A stretch of DNA of 64,000 nucleotides. It comes from Mobula hypostoma. Lineage: Eukaryota. The stretch covers positions 21,392,001 through 21,456,000 of the forward strand of contig NC_086118.1 of NCBI RefSeq assembly GCF_963921235.1. The letters are read 5' to 3'. Numbering within the stretch: the first letter of the stretch is position 1; each line of letters opens with the position of its first letter. The translations under genes and the position numbers were made by a program. The notes below the pieces were generated by a model. That model was not told the DNA's origin. It saw only the letters and a list, made by a program, of their open reading frames with translations, and searched no databases. Shown in pieces: positions 35,782 to 48,474 of the stretch.

Positions 35782-38700
35782 ATGTTCCTAATCAGAATAC
35801 TTTTGTCCTCAATGTACATTTTGAGCGAGTCATAGACTGATTTTCTGTTGATATTTGATTTTAACCTCTTACAAAAGAAAATCTTTTCATAAATGTTTTC
35901 ATTTTTGATAAACCATACATATACCATTAGCAATGTCTTGTCTCGCACAGTTGACTCATCCAGTTGCAACCCAAATTCTGCTTTTTGTAGCTCTGTGCAT
36001 AGTTGGTACTCAATGTCTTCACTCATTTTGTCAATATGATGAGCTACAGGTTATTACTCAGAGGAATCAATTTTAAAATACTGGCATCCATTTTGAGAAC
36101 AGTGGTGAGCGCTTCTGATACAGCAGGCATGATTAATCTTTCACCAATTGTGTGAGATTTACCACACTTTGCTATCATTTTGGAAATGTTATTAGAAGCA
36201 ATTACCCACTCCCAATGTCATTCTTAGCTTTCTTGGCAAATGACTTGAGTGTGCAATGCTTTTCAAATGCTTCTTTCATCTTCTGGAACTGAGTAATACC
36301 AAAAGTAGCCTTTTCAAGAGGTCTTTTACAGAAGTGTTCCTGCAAACTAGTGTTCTTGATGGTTCATGGCTTCATTAGACTGTACAATATTACAAATAAG
36401 ACACCTGGGGCATCAATGATCTGATGGGAATGGAATACAACCGTACTCCAGGTATGTAACATTCTATTGACACAATTTCTGTAGTTTCTGCTTCTTAGCA
36501 GGATTAGGTTTCAAGACTTCACTGCCTTCAGACTCTCTGCAAGTTGAGGGGAACTGTTGGGCACCCTGGTTGCTAGTTTATGCATCTCCGATAATATCTG
36601 TTTGGTTGGTAAGGTCAGATGCTATTGCCAAGTTTAGGGTGCATTATGCTCATGGTCTGCAGAGCTATGGTTCTTCCTGGGTTCCCAGTGCCTCATCCTT
36701 TGTTTTTGGAACTGACTGCTCTACTAACAGTCTCATGCCTCAAGTTAGGATGTTGCTTACTGCCTCCCAGCCCCAAGACTCTTGAACATCTCCCCATGAT
36801 GTCTACTTCCCCTAATGCCACCTTAGGACACATAACCACTCCCTTGGGGGGGGGGGGAGCGATACCAAGCCTGTTGGGAATCACTGTGATAGGCCATTCA
36901 ATACCTGTGCCAACCAACTGACAGGAATAGTCAACAAAATCTTCAATCTCTCACTGCTGTAGTCAGAGGTTCCCACCTGCTTCAAAGGACACTTATCAGA
37001 CCAGTGCCCGAGAAGAACAGAGCGAGCTGCCGCAGCGTCTATTTCCCAGTTGCACTCACATCTACTGTGATAAAGTGCAGTTCATCATTGAGAGATTTTG
37101 GTCATGGCCAGAATCAACTCCTGCCTACGCAAGGAACTGGACGCACTTCAATTTGCCTATTGCCACTTGGGGTCTGCAGTGGATACAATCTCACTGGCTA
37201 TTTACTCGGCCTTGGATCACCTGGACAACAGCAATACCTATGTCAGGCTGCTGTTGACTGATTTCAGCTCAGTGTTCAACATGATCATACAGCTCTAACA
37301 CCTTCGGCTCTATACCTCTCCTGCTACTGGATCCTTGACTTCCTCACTGGGATACCACAGTCAGTGCAGATCCTCCTTGATGACAATCAATACTGGTGCA
37401 CCTCAAGGATGCATGCTCAGCTCACTGCTCGACTCTCTCTACACCCACGACCGTGTGACTAGGTACAGCTCAGGCACCATCTATAAATTTGCTGATGTCA
37501 CGACTAGTGTTGGCACAACTTCAGATAGTGACGACGAGGCGTACAGGAGTCAGATAGATCAGCTGTTTGAGTGGTGTCGCAACAACAACATTGCAGTCAA
37601 CATCATTAAAACTAAGGACTTGATTGTGGACTTCAGGAAGGAGAAGTCGAGGAAACACACACCAGTCCTCATCGAGGGATCAGAAACGGAAAGGATGAGC
37701 AGTTTCAAGGTCCTGGGTGTCAACATCGCTGAAGATCTATCCTGGGCTCACGTATTGATGCAATTACAATGAAGGCACAATAGCAGCTATACATTCCATT
37801 GGGAGTGTGAGGAGACTTGGGGTGTCACCAAAGACTCTTGTAAATTTCGTGGAGAGTATTGTGGAGAGTATACAAACCGGCTGCATCACCATCTGTTATG
37901 GAGGTGCACAGGACTAGAAAAAGCTGCAGGAAGTTGCAAACTGAAGTAGTGCCATCATGGACATTACCCCACCCCCCACAGAATCGAGGATATCCTCATT
38001 CAAGGATGCCTCAGAAAGGTGACATCCATCATTAAGGACCCCCAATACCCAGGACCTCCTTATTGCTACCATCAAGGAGGAGGTACAGGAGCCTGAAGCC
38101 ACATACTTGATGTTTTAGAAATAGCTTCCTCCTCTCCACCATCTGAGATCTGAATGGACAATGAACACTACCTCATTACCACACTGTTCTTTTTTTGCAC
38201 TACTTCACTACCTCTATATGTGCGTGTGTATATATATATATATATATTTCCCCCCCCACTCAATGGATGGAAATTCCCTGAAAAAAAACATAATAATAAC
38301 TTCTGAAATATCAGTTTACTTTTTGGAGTCTGGAGGACAGAAACCGCTCCCAATTTTATTTTTGGAAAAGACCTTCAACTGCAGTGTAGAAAAGGCAGCT
38401 AATTGGACATTGATAAATAATCTGATTCTGATTCTACCCCTATTCATACCAAACACTTTTTCAATTTCATTGTTTTATGTGTTACAGTTTTATAATATTT
38501 TTCTTCAGAGAATCTGCTTGTCTGCTGATTTCAAAGGAGGGGGAGGTTGTAAGTGCTCACTTTCACTCTGGGCCCTCAGTTCACTTTCTGGACTAATGAG
38601 TGAGCCAGGTGCTGAACAATCAGGATTTCCAAACAATTGGATGTCAGATTATTGGAATTCTGCTGCATTTATTTCGATTCCAAGTCATGTCCCACTTCTG

Positions 38701-39659
38701 GTGTAGCACCCACTTGATAGGAGAAGATGGTCTAAGGTATTTTTAAAGTGAATGAAAGTGGGCCTGTGGGGTTTGGGAATAGGATTAATGTGGTAGTGGT
38801 TGTTGGTGGAGGTGGTCAGTGAAATATTTGCCAATGTCTAATCTAGTCTGTGATTGCACAGGAAGCACACTTTAATTTAACTTGTAGTACAAGAACACAC
38901 ATTCTGGCAGAGTGCATTGGCAATGAATCAGCCAGAGTGTCATGGAGCGAACTAGTTCAATGAAATGCTGAAAGAGTAGAACAAGAAGTGATGTGTCAGT
39001 GTTGCTGTCACAGGGAGGTGTTGGAAATGGGAGGGAATGATCTATTCAATGTGGAATGTTGGGGGAGGGCTTGGAAAATGAAGATACATGAAGGACTATT
39101 ATGGTTGTGGGCTGGAAGGGAATTGGTTAGGGCAAAACACCCTTGAACTGGAACGGCTGAATGCAGTTTGGGTCCCATCTTGAAATTTAACCCAAATGTA
39201 AATATGAAGGTAGAACTAGCATTTGTAACTCAAGAGATGCACAGAATAAATGCACTGTACAAAACACTTCAAATACTCACAGAGCAGCTGTTATATGATG
39301 TTAAATCGCAGGAAAATGTATTCTTTGCTTGGCTGGGGATGGGAGCACTCCCTGTTTACAGGGCCAGTTTGGTGTCCTTGTCTGGAACATCAGTTATTGG
39401 GTTGAGTTTTCCTAAGGATTTTCTTGCTGCCTTTCCACCTGCTTGGCTGCTGTCCATATCAATCACAGCAAGCTTCTCCCCTTCGCTCTGAAGACAGCAA
39501 GGAGTGCTACCATTTACAATTTAGAAGTACTGTGCTCTGACACCAGTGGAAAGGCTTTAAAAACCTGCATACAATAAATTCATACGTATGTTCATTTTGA
39601 TAGTTGATTTTTACAGAGCTATCATTTAAATGATGCTATTCAAATGGTCTTTATTAAGG

Positions 39660-40755
39660 AATATCCATGTGTCGCTGGATTCTGGATTTCTTGACAGACA
39701 GACCACAGTCAGTCTGTGTTGGCAGGAACATCTCTGACTCCATCACACTGAGCACTAGATCCCCACAAGGCTGTGTGCTTAGCCCATTGCTGTTTACACT
39801 ACTAACACATGACTGTGCAGCCAGATTCAAGGAGAACCTGATCATTAAATTTGCAGATGATACCACAGTGGTGGGGCTCATCAGCAAAAATGATGGAACA
39901 ATGTGCAGGGAGGAGGTCAAAACACCTAGAGAGCTGGTGCAGGGATAACAACTTGATGCCTAATGTCACCAAAACCAAGGAGATGATCGTCGATTTCAGA
40001 CAGTCTCAGCCTGAGCACACACCCCTCAGCATCAGCGGCTCCGCAGTGGAGAGACTGGAAAACATCAAGTTCCTTGGGGTGCAGATCTCGGACAATCTCA
40101 CCTGGTCCAGGAACACCACTGGGATTGTGAAATGGGCCCAGCAGAGATTGCACTTTCTGAGGAAGTTTAAATGCATCACTCCCCACTAACATCCTAACTA
40201 CATTCTACAGAGGCGTGGTTGAGAGTGTGCTGACCTTTTGCATCACAACCCGGTACTCCAGCTGCAGTGCTGTCGACAAAAAAGCCTTGCAGAGGGTGGT
40301 TAGGGGAGCAGAGAAGGTTATTGGGGTCTCCCTACCTTCTGTCCAAGACCTCTTTCGGAGTCCATGCCTCCAGAAGACACGGTACATCATTAAAGACCCC
40401 TCACACCCTCTCCATGAACTGTTTGTTCTTCTGCCATCAGGCAAACGTTACAGGAGCATCAAAACTAAAACCGCAAGGCTACTAAACAGCTTCCTCCCGC
40501 AGGCAGTCAGACTGCTAAATAGCTGCTCTACCTGACTCTGCTTTGGACACTTTTAACTTGCACTGGACACTTATAACTTGATTTTAACTGACATGTGGCT
40601 GTTGTGTTTTACTATTTATTGTTATGTTTATTATTTAGTGTTGCATTTGTTATGTTATGATTGCACTGCTCCTGAGAAACGCTGTCTCATTCTGCCCTGC
40701 AGAGCTGATGTACGGTTAGAATGACAGTAAAGTTTTTTGAATCTTGAATCTTGAA
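39660..40755 (+). mobile_element. Rex1/Babar-like LINE 3' portion, comparatively young
   Basis: [15 protein letters not shown]...[18 protein letters not shown]...[12 protein letters not shown] and TKTKEMIVDFR...KFLGV...QQRLHFLRK, with a (TTGAATC)n tail. Confidence 0.92.
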
Positions 40756-40861
40756 ACTTATATTTTCATGTTGATCTGCCACCTACACACACATGTACAA
40801 TCTCATGAAAATAAAACATGAAGTTTTCACCTTTTTCTCAGTGTTACCTAAGATAACTATA

Positions 40862-40935
40862 CAGTACTGTGCAAAAGTCTCAGCCACATATACAGTATAT
40901 ACAGCTGGGGTGCCTAAGATGTTTGCACAGTACTG
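40862..40935. mobile_element. Tiny Tc1-like TIR hairpin (MITE)
   Basis: TA|CAGTACTGTGCAAAAGTCTCAGCCAC ... GTGCCTAAGATGTTTGCACAGTACTG. Confidence 0.65.
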
Positions 40936-41159
40936 CATTTGTCAACGTAGAGGGGGAGAGCAAGTTTGTAAATCTGGCAGGAACAAAGGATGTTGGGAAT
41001 GGCGAGAAGGGAGTGCTGTGGGACAAGTGCCGGAAAAGGACTGCCAGGGGTGGGGAATGGCGTGGGTGCAGACACACCCAGCCCTGAGACATCAGTCAAG
41101 GTCATTTGATTCCAAACAATTGGTTTATTGATCATTATGAAGTAGCATATATCGGCCCG

Positions 41160-41605
41160 ATGGGACGTCCGCATCAAGGAGCGCAGGAAGTGTATTTGTT
41201 TGGGTTACCCAGAGTAATCGGTGGTAGCAGGACATTGCACTCACAATGGCCATAGGGTTGACTTCGATGGCACAAAACTATTGTGCTGCGCCAATGGCTT
41301 TTAGGACTGCCTGGTAAAGGAAGCCATTGTGCTAAAGCTAGAGGAAAAGAATTTTAACAAAGACGAAGGTTTTGCTCTAAGTAAGAACTGGAATTCAATT
41401 GTAAACAAGGTGGGAGAGTGGAAACCTTATTGGATGAGCACTACCAACGAGGAGGGACGGAGTATAGGGGTATAAATTCCATGGGATTAGATATGCCCAG
41501 GCATCATCCCTGATGAAGATAGCAGATAGAAGATAGATGTCATCAAAACATCAGTTATAATCAATACCTGTACCTGGCTGGAAGCCCGAGAAAAGTTTAT
41601 TTGTA
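41160..41605 (+). mobile_element. Second Penelope-like family: GIY-YIG C-terminus plus terminal repeat with decayed hammerhead
   Basis: RIKERRKCICLGYPE*SVVAGHCTHNGHRVDFDGTKLL...LVKEAIVLKLEEKNFNKDEGFALSKNW, followed by CTGATGA-A-GATAGCA...TGTCATC-AAAAC-ATC at 41510-41552. Confidence 0.7.
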
Positions 41606-42257
41606 CACACACAATCATTAATTAGTGTACCTTGCAGGTAGGTAAAAAGAAATTTTTATATAATTGTGGGATTTATATTTATCCAGCTATGACAAACAAA
41701 ATAATGTTTTACATATGTATTCAAAAAAGGTGATGATGTTAAACACATTTCTTAAAAAATTCTCCCAAACTTTCACTCTTTTTGCAGTTACTCTTCAGTT
41801 ATACGATCTTTCACCTTGGAAGAGTATCATTTCTGATTTGTCCTGGATTTTATCACAGCCAATCAGATACATGAGTTTTTAACAATGACATCACAATAGC
41901 TGATCTCTGAGGCAGACGTCATTACACACCACTGCATGGAACAGCCCAGTGATGACTCGTCAATGCAAACCGTAAAATTAAAATTAGAATGCTTTTTCAA
42001 ATACCAAGGTTAACGTAATGAAAGTAGTCACTCCATTGATGCAGAGCTAAATTTGCATCTAGTATGCTCTACTTTGTGTCCACCCTATTACTGCACCAAA
42101 TGTAGCCAGGGATTTTTCAAAACTACGTTATTTGTTAACAGTGAACACTACTTCTGAATTTCAGTTCTGTTTAGTATTAAAACAGGAATCCCGCAAAATA
42201 GTAAATAGTTAAAAAGAAACAAAATAACATCAATAACGATTTCATGATTGTTGCCAA

Positions 42258-42850
42258 AACAAGAGATTCTGCAGATGTTGGAAATCTTGAGCAACACACA
42301 CAAAATCAAAGTTCAAATTCAAAGTAAATTTATTATCAAAGTATATTTATGTTGCCATATATGAATCAGTTTCTTGCAGACGTTCATCATAGATACTAAG
42401 AAACACCACAGAATCAGTAAAAAAACTGCACAAGAAGGACAAACAACCCATGTGCAAAAGACAACAAACTGTGCAAATACAATAATAACAATAATAATAA
42501 TAATAATAATAGTAGTAGTAGTATATAAATGAGCAATACATATCAAAAACCTGAGATGAAGAGACCTTGAAAGTGAGTCCATAGGTTGTGGGAATAGTTC
42601 AGTGTTGGGGTGAGTGAAGTTATCCCCTCTGCTTCAGGAGCCTGATAGTTGAGGGGAAGTAATGCTGGAGGTAAGCAGCAAGTCAGGCAGCACCTATGGA
42701 AGGGATTAAACAGTCAACGTTTTGGGCTGAGATCCTTCGTCGCGACTCTAGTATCCATTAAGAATGGTCTTGGCCTGAAACATTGACTGTTTATTCCCCT
42801 TCCATAGATGCTGCCTGGCTTGATAAGTTCTTCCAGCGTTCGGTGTGTGT
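42258..42850. mobile_element. Penelope fold-back pair interrupted by a minus-strand Rex1-type 3' tail (about 42305-42660) with (TAA)n(TAG)n
   Basis: The arm ...GCAACACACACAAAAT resumes as AATGCTGGAGG at 42661, and inverted arms span 42661-42850. Confidence 0.65.
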
Positions 42851-45467
42851 GGCTCCTAACTATTGCTGGTGATCTTGTAAATGCTATTGCTTTGGTGGAG
42901 TTTGTGCTTTGGTGGGGGGGGGGCGGGGTGTGAAGAAACTGAATGAACAGTAACAAAAATACCTTAATTAAAACTAGGAGCTTCAGCATCTGCAGAATTC
43001 CTGTTGTTTGAGCTTCAACATTCTTAGCATTTTAACTATGCATTGGTTTCCTCATACCAAGAAGTTCAGCAATGGCATCTGGAGAGTTTCCCAAATGATC
43101 TCATGTGTAATGTATGTAACAAAGAAGCAGATGGATTGTTTTAGATCCACCCTATTGCCCAAGCTCAGAGATGCAAGGTCTGTCCACTCACACTAGCCTG
43201 GCTAAGCTGACACCTCATACCTGCGTGATGCCCCATCACTGGAGCTGACCATGACGTAGCAGCTTAGTGAGACAGCTGTTCGGAGGACCTGGCCCTCAAC
43301 ATTAAAGAGCTGTAAAATATAATTAAATCATTACAAATAATTACAATTATTTGTATTTTTAAGTGAACTAAATACCTATTAAGATAAACTAAAACAAGTG
43401 AACCACTTAACTGAATTTACCTACTCGCTGGGGATTCTTGTACTGTACATTGCTGGCATAAAGCTGTGAAGCTGGGTATGAACTACGTTCAGGCCCTCTG
43501 TTCTGTTAGCTGGGGCCCCTATACTGCATTCAGATATGAATCTGTGATGGAGTGGAAGGCCGGCTGCATGGATATTTTGCATTTCAACGTGTAAGCTTGG
43601 AAGTTGGAGACAAGATGAAGAGCTGAAAGTAAGTACAATTCAGCCCTTGGATTTGCATGGTAATTAGAAGACAGAAGCAGATGTTTAAGTCTAACAGGTT
43701 GGCATTGGTAAACTTCCTTCACACAAATTGTAGTCTTCAGTTTATGCATCCATTGTGTTTCCATATTTGTATCCCTTTCCTTCAAACCTTGGCATAAAAT
43801 CAATTTTTCAGTACTCTGTTCTCCAGTATTCTTTCCCCTATTATATTTACAAACTGTTGTTCCAGCCCCAAAAGAAATTTATCTTGTCTTAAGTTTTTAA
43901 TATTTCTATCAAGTTAGCCTTTAACATACTTGTTCCAATGAAAGAGACCCCCACATTTTCAAGCCCTTCCTCACGTCCATCTGTATCCTGTAATGTGTCC
44001 TAATCCCTTAAATTTTCTCGTATAGTTCACAGCCCAAAACTGTCCAAAGCACTTCAATAGCGATGTTGCAAATAAATATAGAATTTCAACGGGACACTCA
44101 GAACTATGCTTTTTTCGGTTAAATTATCTTACCAAGAGTTGAAAGTAGTGAGCTCATGTTGAGTCCAATATACATAAAGCAGTAAAAGAGTAAATTGTAC
44201 AAACAATGGTGCTATTGTGAATGGCATTCATCATTCATTGTTGGCAGTACTTCAAGAATTTCTGTCATAATTTAACAGTGTCTGAAGTATTTCAGTCATC
44301 TTTGGACTAGGTTTCAGCAACTGTCTTACCCAGTTCGGAGCTCTGAGGACTGCATCATTACAAAAGAGCTTCATATTCTTTCATCAATGATTGCAGTTGA
44401 AACATGCTTTAAACTGAACTATTTTAAGAGAGCAGAGGGTACATCTTCATATGTTAGATTTTAAATATTTAGGGTTTGGGAATGGCGAGGTGCCCACCAA
44501 GTGTAGACCTATAATGCTTACTCATTCTATACATTATCAAGCATAATTTGGCTTCTCCCTGAAATCAGGTAGGACTTTAAAACTGTGAAGTTTTCATTTT
44601 TTCAACTGCTGCTGCAGAAATGTAACTCAAACACTTCTTTGCATTTGAGAAATGTCAGACCATGTACAGTAATCCAGTAATCAGAAAACATAACATTTAC
44701 AGAAATGAGTGTTGGTAAAGGCAGAAATAACTTTGCACTGAAATAGCCAACAAGGTAAATTAGCCGCTTACTAGATAGATGAAAGCCTAGGGATTCTGGG
44801 TCAGCTAAAATTTCAAAAATGATGGAAAAATGCTAAAATTGGGACAGTTTTTACCCTACAACTCACATTCTAATAGACTTTGATCAGAAGGCTTTGGCCT
44901 ATTTGGGTTTTTGAAAGGATTCATTAGCAAAAATAGAAGGACATGGTATGTTTTCATGAAGGATTGAAAGGCATTTGTGTCCTGAAGATTGCGGGTTTCA
45001 TTGTATACAAATTATTGAAAGTTAATAGACAGGTTCAAAAAGCAATTAGGAGCCAAATATCTTGTCTTTTATTGCAAGTTGATTTAAGGACACGAATAAA
45101 ATTGTTCTGCTCTCAATATATGTGGCTCAGGTGAGATTACATCTAGAATATTTTATCCAGGGATGATCTCCCTACATAAGGAAGCATATGCTCGTGATAA
45201 AGGTGTCAGGAATTTTATTAGAGGCCTGACCCAAAAGCAGAGTGGTGAAGACAATTCAGCAGTGAATTATACTTTAATACACTGCAAACTAACAAGCCTC
45301 GAGGTGCCACAAACAAGAGAGAACAGAAGTCAAGATTCACTGTAGGCTGGGAGAGTGAAAGCTAGGAGCAACTGGTTGTGGCCAGCTGGTTCAATAAGTG
45401 AGCAAGGACTGTGGCTGAGAACTGGGCTGCAGGTGATGAGTCTGGAATGAGTGGCAGGTAATTTCTC

Positions 45468-45861
45468 AAACTTCCAGTAATGCTCCACCCTTTACCATTT
45501 CCCATCCCCTTGTCCCTCTCTCGTGTTGTCTCCTTGCCCACCCATCGCCTCCCTCTGGTGTTCCTCCCCCCGCCCCCTTTCTTCTTTCTTCCATGGCCTT
45601 CTGTTTCTTTCACGAATCAACTTCCTAGCTCTTTGCTTAATCCCTCCCCCTCCAAGTTTCACCTATCGCCTAGTGTTTCTCTTTTCCCTCCCCGCACCTT
45701 TCAAATCTACTCCTCAGCTTTTTTGCTCCAGTCCTGCCGAAGGGTTTCGGCCCAAAATGTCGACTGTATTTTTTCCATACATGCTGCCTAGCCTGCCGAG
45801 TTCCTCCAGCATTATATGTGTGTTGCGCGGATTTCCAGCACCTGCAGATCTTCTCTTGTTT
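45468..45861 (+). mobile_element. Penelope-like 3' end inserted into the Gypsy LTR
   Basis: Flanked by GTGGCAGGTAATTTCTC (45451-45467) and GTGGAAGGTAAATCCTC (45862-45878). Variant hammerhead at 45729-45766. Confidence 0.8.
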
Positions 45862-46659
45862 GTGGAAGGTAAATCCTCTTAGTTGGGTGGGGACAGGGAG
45901 TGCAGGCCTGACATGAGCACACCCCACTCCTCCCAACCGAGGAGGGATTACAAGGCTAGCCAGAAGCAGGAGACGAATTGTGGACCCCAGTCTGACACAG
46001 TGTCCTGAGGGAAACCATGGAGGTGATCTACATTTTGGGGAACCAGGTCTGCCATCTCAGTGGCTGACAGAAGCTTGGGGAGGGGAATGAAGTGGGCCAC
46101 CTTGAAGAACTGGTCCACCACTGTCATGATCATCATGGCCTGATCAGAAGGTGGCAAACCCATGATGAAATCCATGCCAGTGTGGGATCAGGAGGGGCTG
46201 GATGAGCCCAGAGGCCCACTGGTTGGAAGAATTGGATCGGGCACACTGAGGACAGGCAGCAATTAACTGACGTACATCTACGATCATGGTGGGCCACCAG
46301 AACTGGCATCACAGAAAATACAGAGGCATTTTTGTGTGCTGGGATGACTGCAAAAGGGTGAGGAGTTGTCCCACTAGAGTGTGTCATAGCACACATCCAT
46401 CAGCACCTACATACGGTTGTCAGATGCTTCACCTAGAGTGGGGTTGTGCTGTAGGCCTTGTCAGATCTTGTTCTCAAAAGTCCCCAAAGGTTAGGATGAG
46501 GATCTGAGAGGGAAAGAATAATGGGACAAAGGCTGGTCTCCATTTCAAGTGGGTCAAAGTGTCGTGACAGTTCATCCAGAAATGGATCAGCAGGAGATAG
46601 TGAAGTTGAATTGTTCGAAGAAGGGGACACAGCAGGCCTGATGTTGGTTGAGTGGGTGG

Positions 46660-47425
46660 GCCTTTGTTTGGATATGAAGTTCTGGTGGTCAGTCCAGATC
46701 AGTTCTCATTGTGGCAGCAGAGGAGGCCATGGACTGACATGTTGGAATAGGAATGGAAGTAGAACTGAAATGGGTGGCCTCTGAGAGATCCCACTTTTTC
46801 TACCAGATGAAGCATAGATGACCTACACTCCATCCACCAGAAAAAGAGGGATCTCCCAGTGGCCACCCAATTCAATCCTACTTCCCATTCCGTCCTGTCA
46901 GTACATGACCTCTTCTACCTCTGCGATGAGGCAACGCTCAGGTTGGAGGAGAAACACCTTATATTCCATCTGGGTAGCCTCCAACCTAATGGCATGAACA
47001 TTGATTTCTCGAACCTCTGGTAATTGCATCCCTCTACTTCACCATTCCCTATTCCCGTTTCTCTCTCTCACCTTATCTCCTTACCTGCCCATCACCTCTC
47101 CCTGGTTCTCCTCCTCCCTCCTCCCTCTTCCCTTTCTTACATGGTCTTCTACTCTCTACTATCCGATTCCCCCTTCTCCAGCCCTTTATCTTTTTCACCA
47201 AAGGGATTCCCAGCTCTTTACTTTACCCCTCTCATTTTCACCTGTCACCTACCACCTTGTACTTCTTCCTCCCCTCTCCCCACCTTCTTACTCTGACTTC
47301 TCAACTTCCTTTTCAATCCCAATGAAGGGTCTCAGTCCAAAACGTCGACTACTTTCTCTTCTCCATAGATGCTGCCTGGTCTGCTGAGTTCCTCAGCATT
47401 TTGTGTGTGTTGCTTGGATTTCCTC
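46660..47425 (+). mobile_element. Penelope-like 3' end with inverted 5' segment
   Basis: DLPVAT.FN.TSHS...DEATLRLEEKHLIFHLGSLQPNGMNIDFSN is the GIY-YIG C-terminus. 46730-46792 is the reverse complement of about 46848-46912. Confidence 0.8.
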
Positions 47426-47429
47426 GTAT

Positions 47430-48472
47430 TAAAGTTACAGGAGGTCCAGGTACAACGTCTGGAAAACCATCTCACAGGCAAAGTGGCCATTTCAAACCAA
47501 ACTTGAATCAACAAAGGATGCTCAGCAGTTGTGGCAGGGCTTGAATACTATCATCTCTTATAAAGTTAAATCAAACAACATAGGAGGTAGTAGGGCTTCA
47601 TTTCCAGATGAGTTCAATGCCTTCTATGCTCACTTTGACTGTCAGAACATGGTGGGACCATCATGAACTTCCACATTCCCCCATGGTCCTATGACTACTG
47701 TCTCTGAAGCTGATGTGTGTGCAGCCTTTAGGAAGGTGAACTGATGAAAAACATCTAGCCCAGATGGCATACCTGGCCAAGTACTAAAGACCTGTGCTGA
47801 AAAACTGGCTGGTGTGTTCACTGAGATCTTACACCTCTAGCTTTTGCAGTGTAAGGTCTCCACCCTCTTCAAGCAGGCTTCGATTAAACCAGTGCCAAAG
47901 AAGAACATAGTAACCTGCCTCAATGACGATCGTCCAGTAGCGCTTACATCGGGACAATGAAGTGCTTTGAGAGGTTGGTGATGAAACATATCAACTCCTA
48001 CCTGAGAAGTGACTTGGATCCACTCCAATTTGCTTTGGCTTTTCACTCAATGCTGGAACATCTAGACATCAAAGATGCATACATTAGGATTCCCTTTATC
48101 AACCACAGTTCCGCATTCAATACTATCATCACTTCAAATCTAATCAATAAGCTTCTATACCTCTTTGTGTAATTAGATCCTTGCTTTCCTCACTTGCAGA
48201 CCCCAGGCAGTTTGGATTGCCAACAGCATCTTCTTCACAACCTCCATTGGCACAGGTGCACCACAAGACTGTGTGCTTAGCCCCTGCTCTACACTTACGG
48301 CTGTGTAACTAAGCACAGCTCCAATGCCATTTTTAAGTTTGCTGATACACCTCTGTCATAAGCCAAATCAAAGGTAGTGATGAATCAACATACCATATAG
48401 GATGGAGATTGAAATTCTAGCTGAATGGTGCCACAACAACTTCTTACTCAAAGTCAACAAAACCAGGGAGCT
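47430..48472 (+). mobile_element. Rex1/Babar-like LINE fragment
   Basis: [26 protein letters not shown]...[13 protein letters not shown]...SSAFNTI. Confidence 0.85.
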
Positions 48473-48474
48473 CA

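Larger units (their letters stand above)
32649..36886 (-). mobile_element. hAT DNA transposon, Buster/Charlie group, decayed
   Basis: TIRs CAGTGTTTTGGAAT and GTTGGGAATCACTG, with an 8-bp TSD TTATAGGG/TGATAGGC (central TA). Transposase remnants include YLEYG..P..CLIC..SNEAM, IAKCGKSHTIGERLIMPA, FGLQLDEST, CATDGAPYMTG, VNKIKAHPLNSRIF and WIINPF. Confidence 0.88.
31400..38220 (+). mobile_element. Rex1/Babar-like LINE split by a hAT insertion (about 31400-32648 and 36887-38220)
   Basis: The endonuclease motifs HPDAFPIIAGDFNQ and TCGTRGVSTLDHC lie left of the insertion. The RT motifs QFAY, YVRLLLTDFSSVFN, TGAPQGC and YKFADV lie right of it. The reading VNPHKAS.PD.IP...TCANQL resumes across the insertion. 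Confidence 0.88.

Noticed and set aside
35254..36520. Domesticated ZBED/SCAND3-like host gene
   Set aside because: It has stops, frameshifts and two insertions, and is bounded by TIRs and a TSD, so it is a dead transposon.
38700..39150. Very old minus-strand Penelope-like coding relic (RSLHDTL-like)
   Set aside because: Too degenerate to bound or call by eye.
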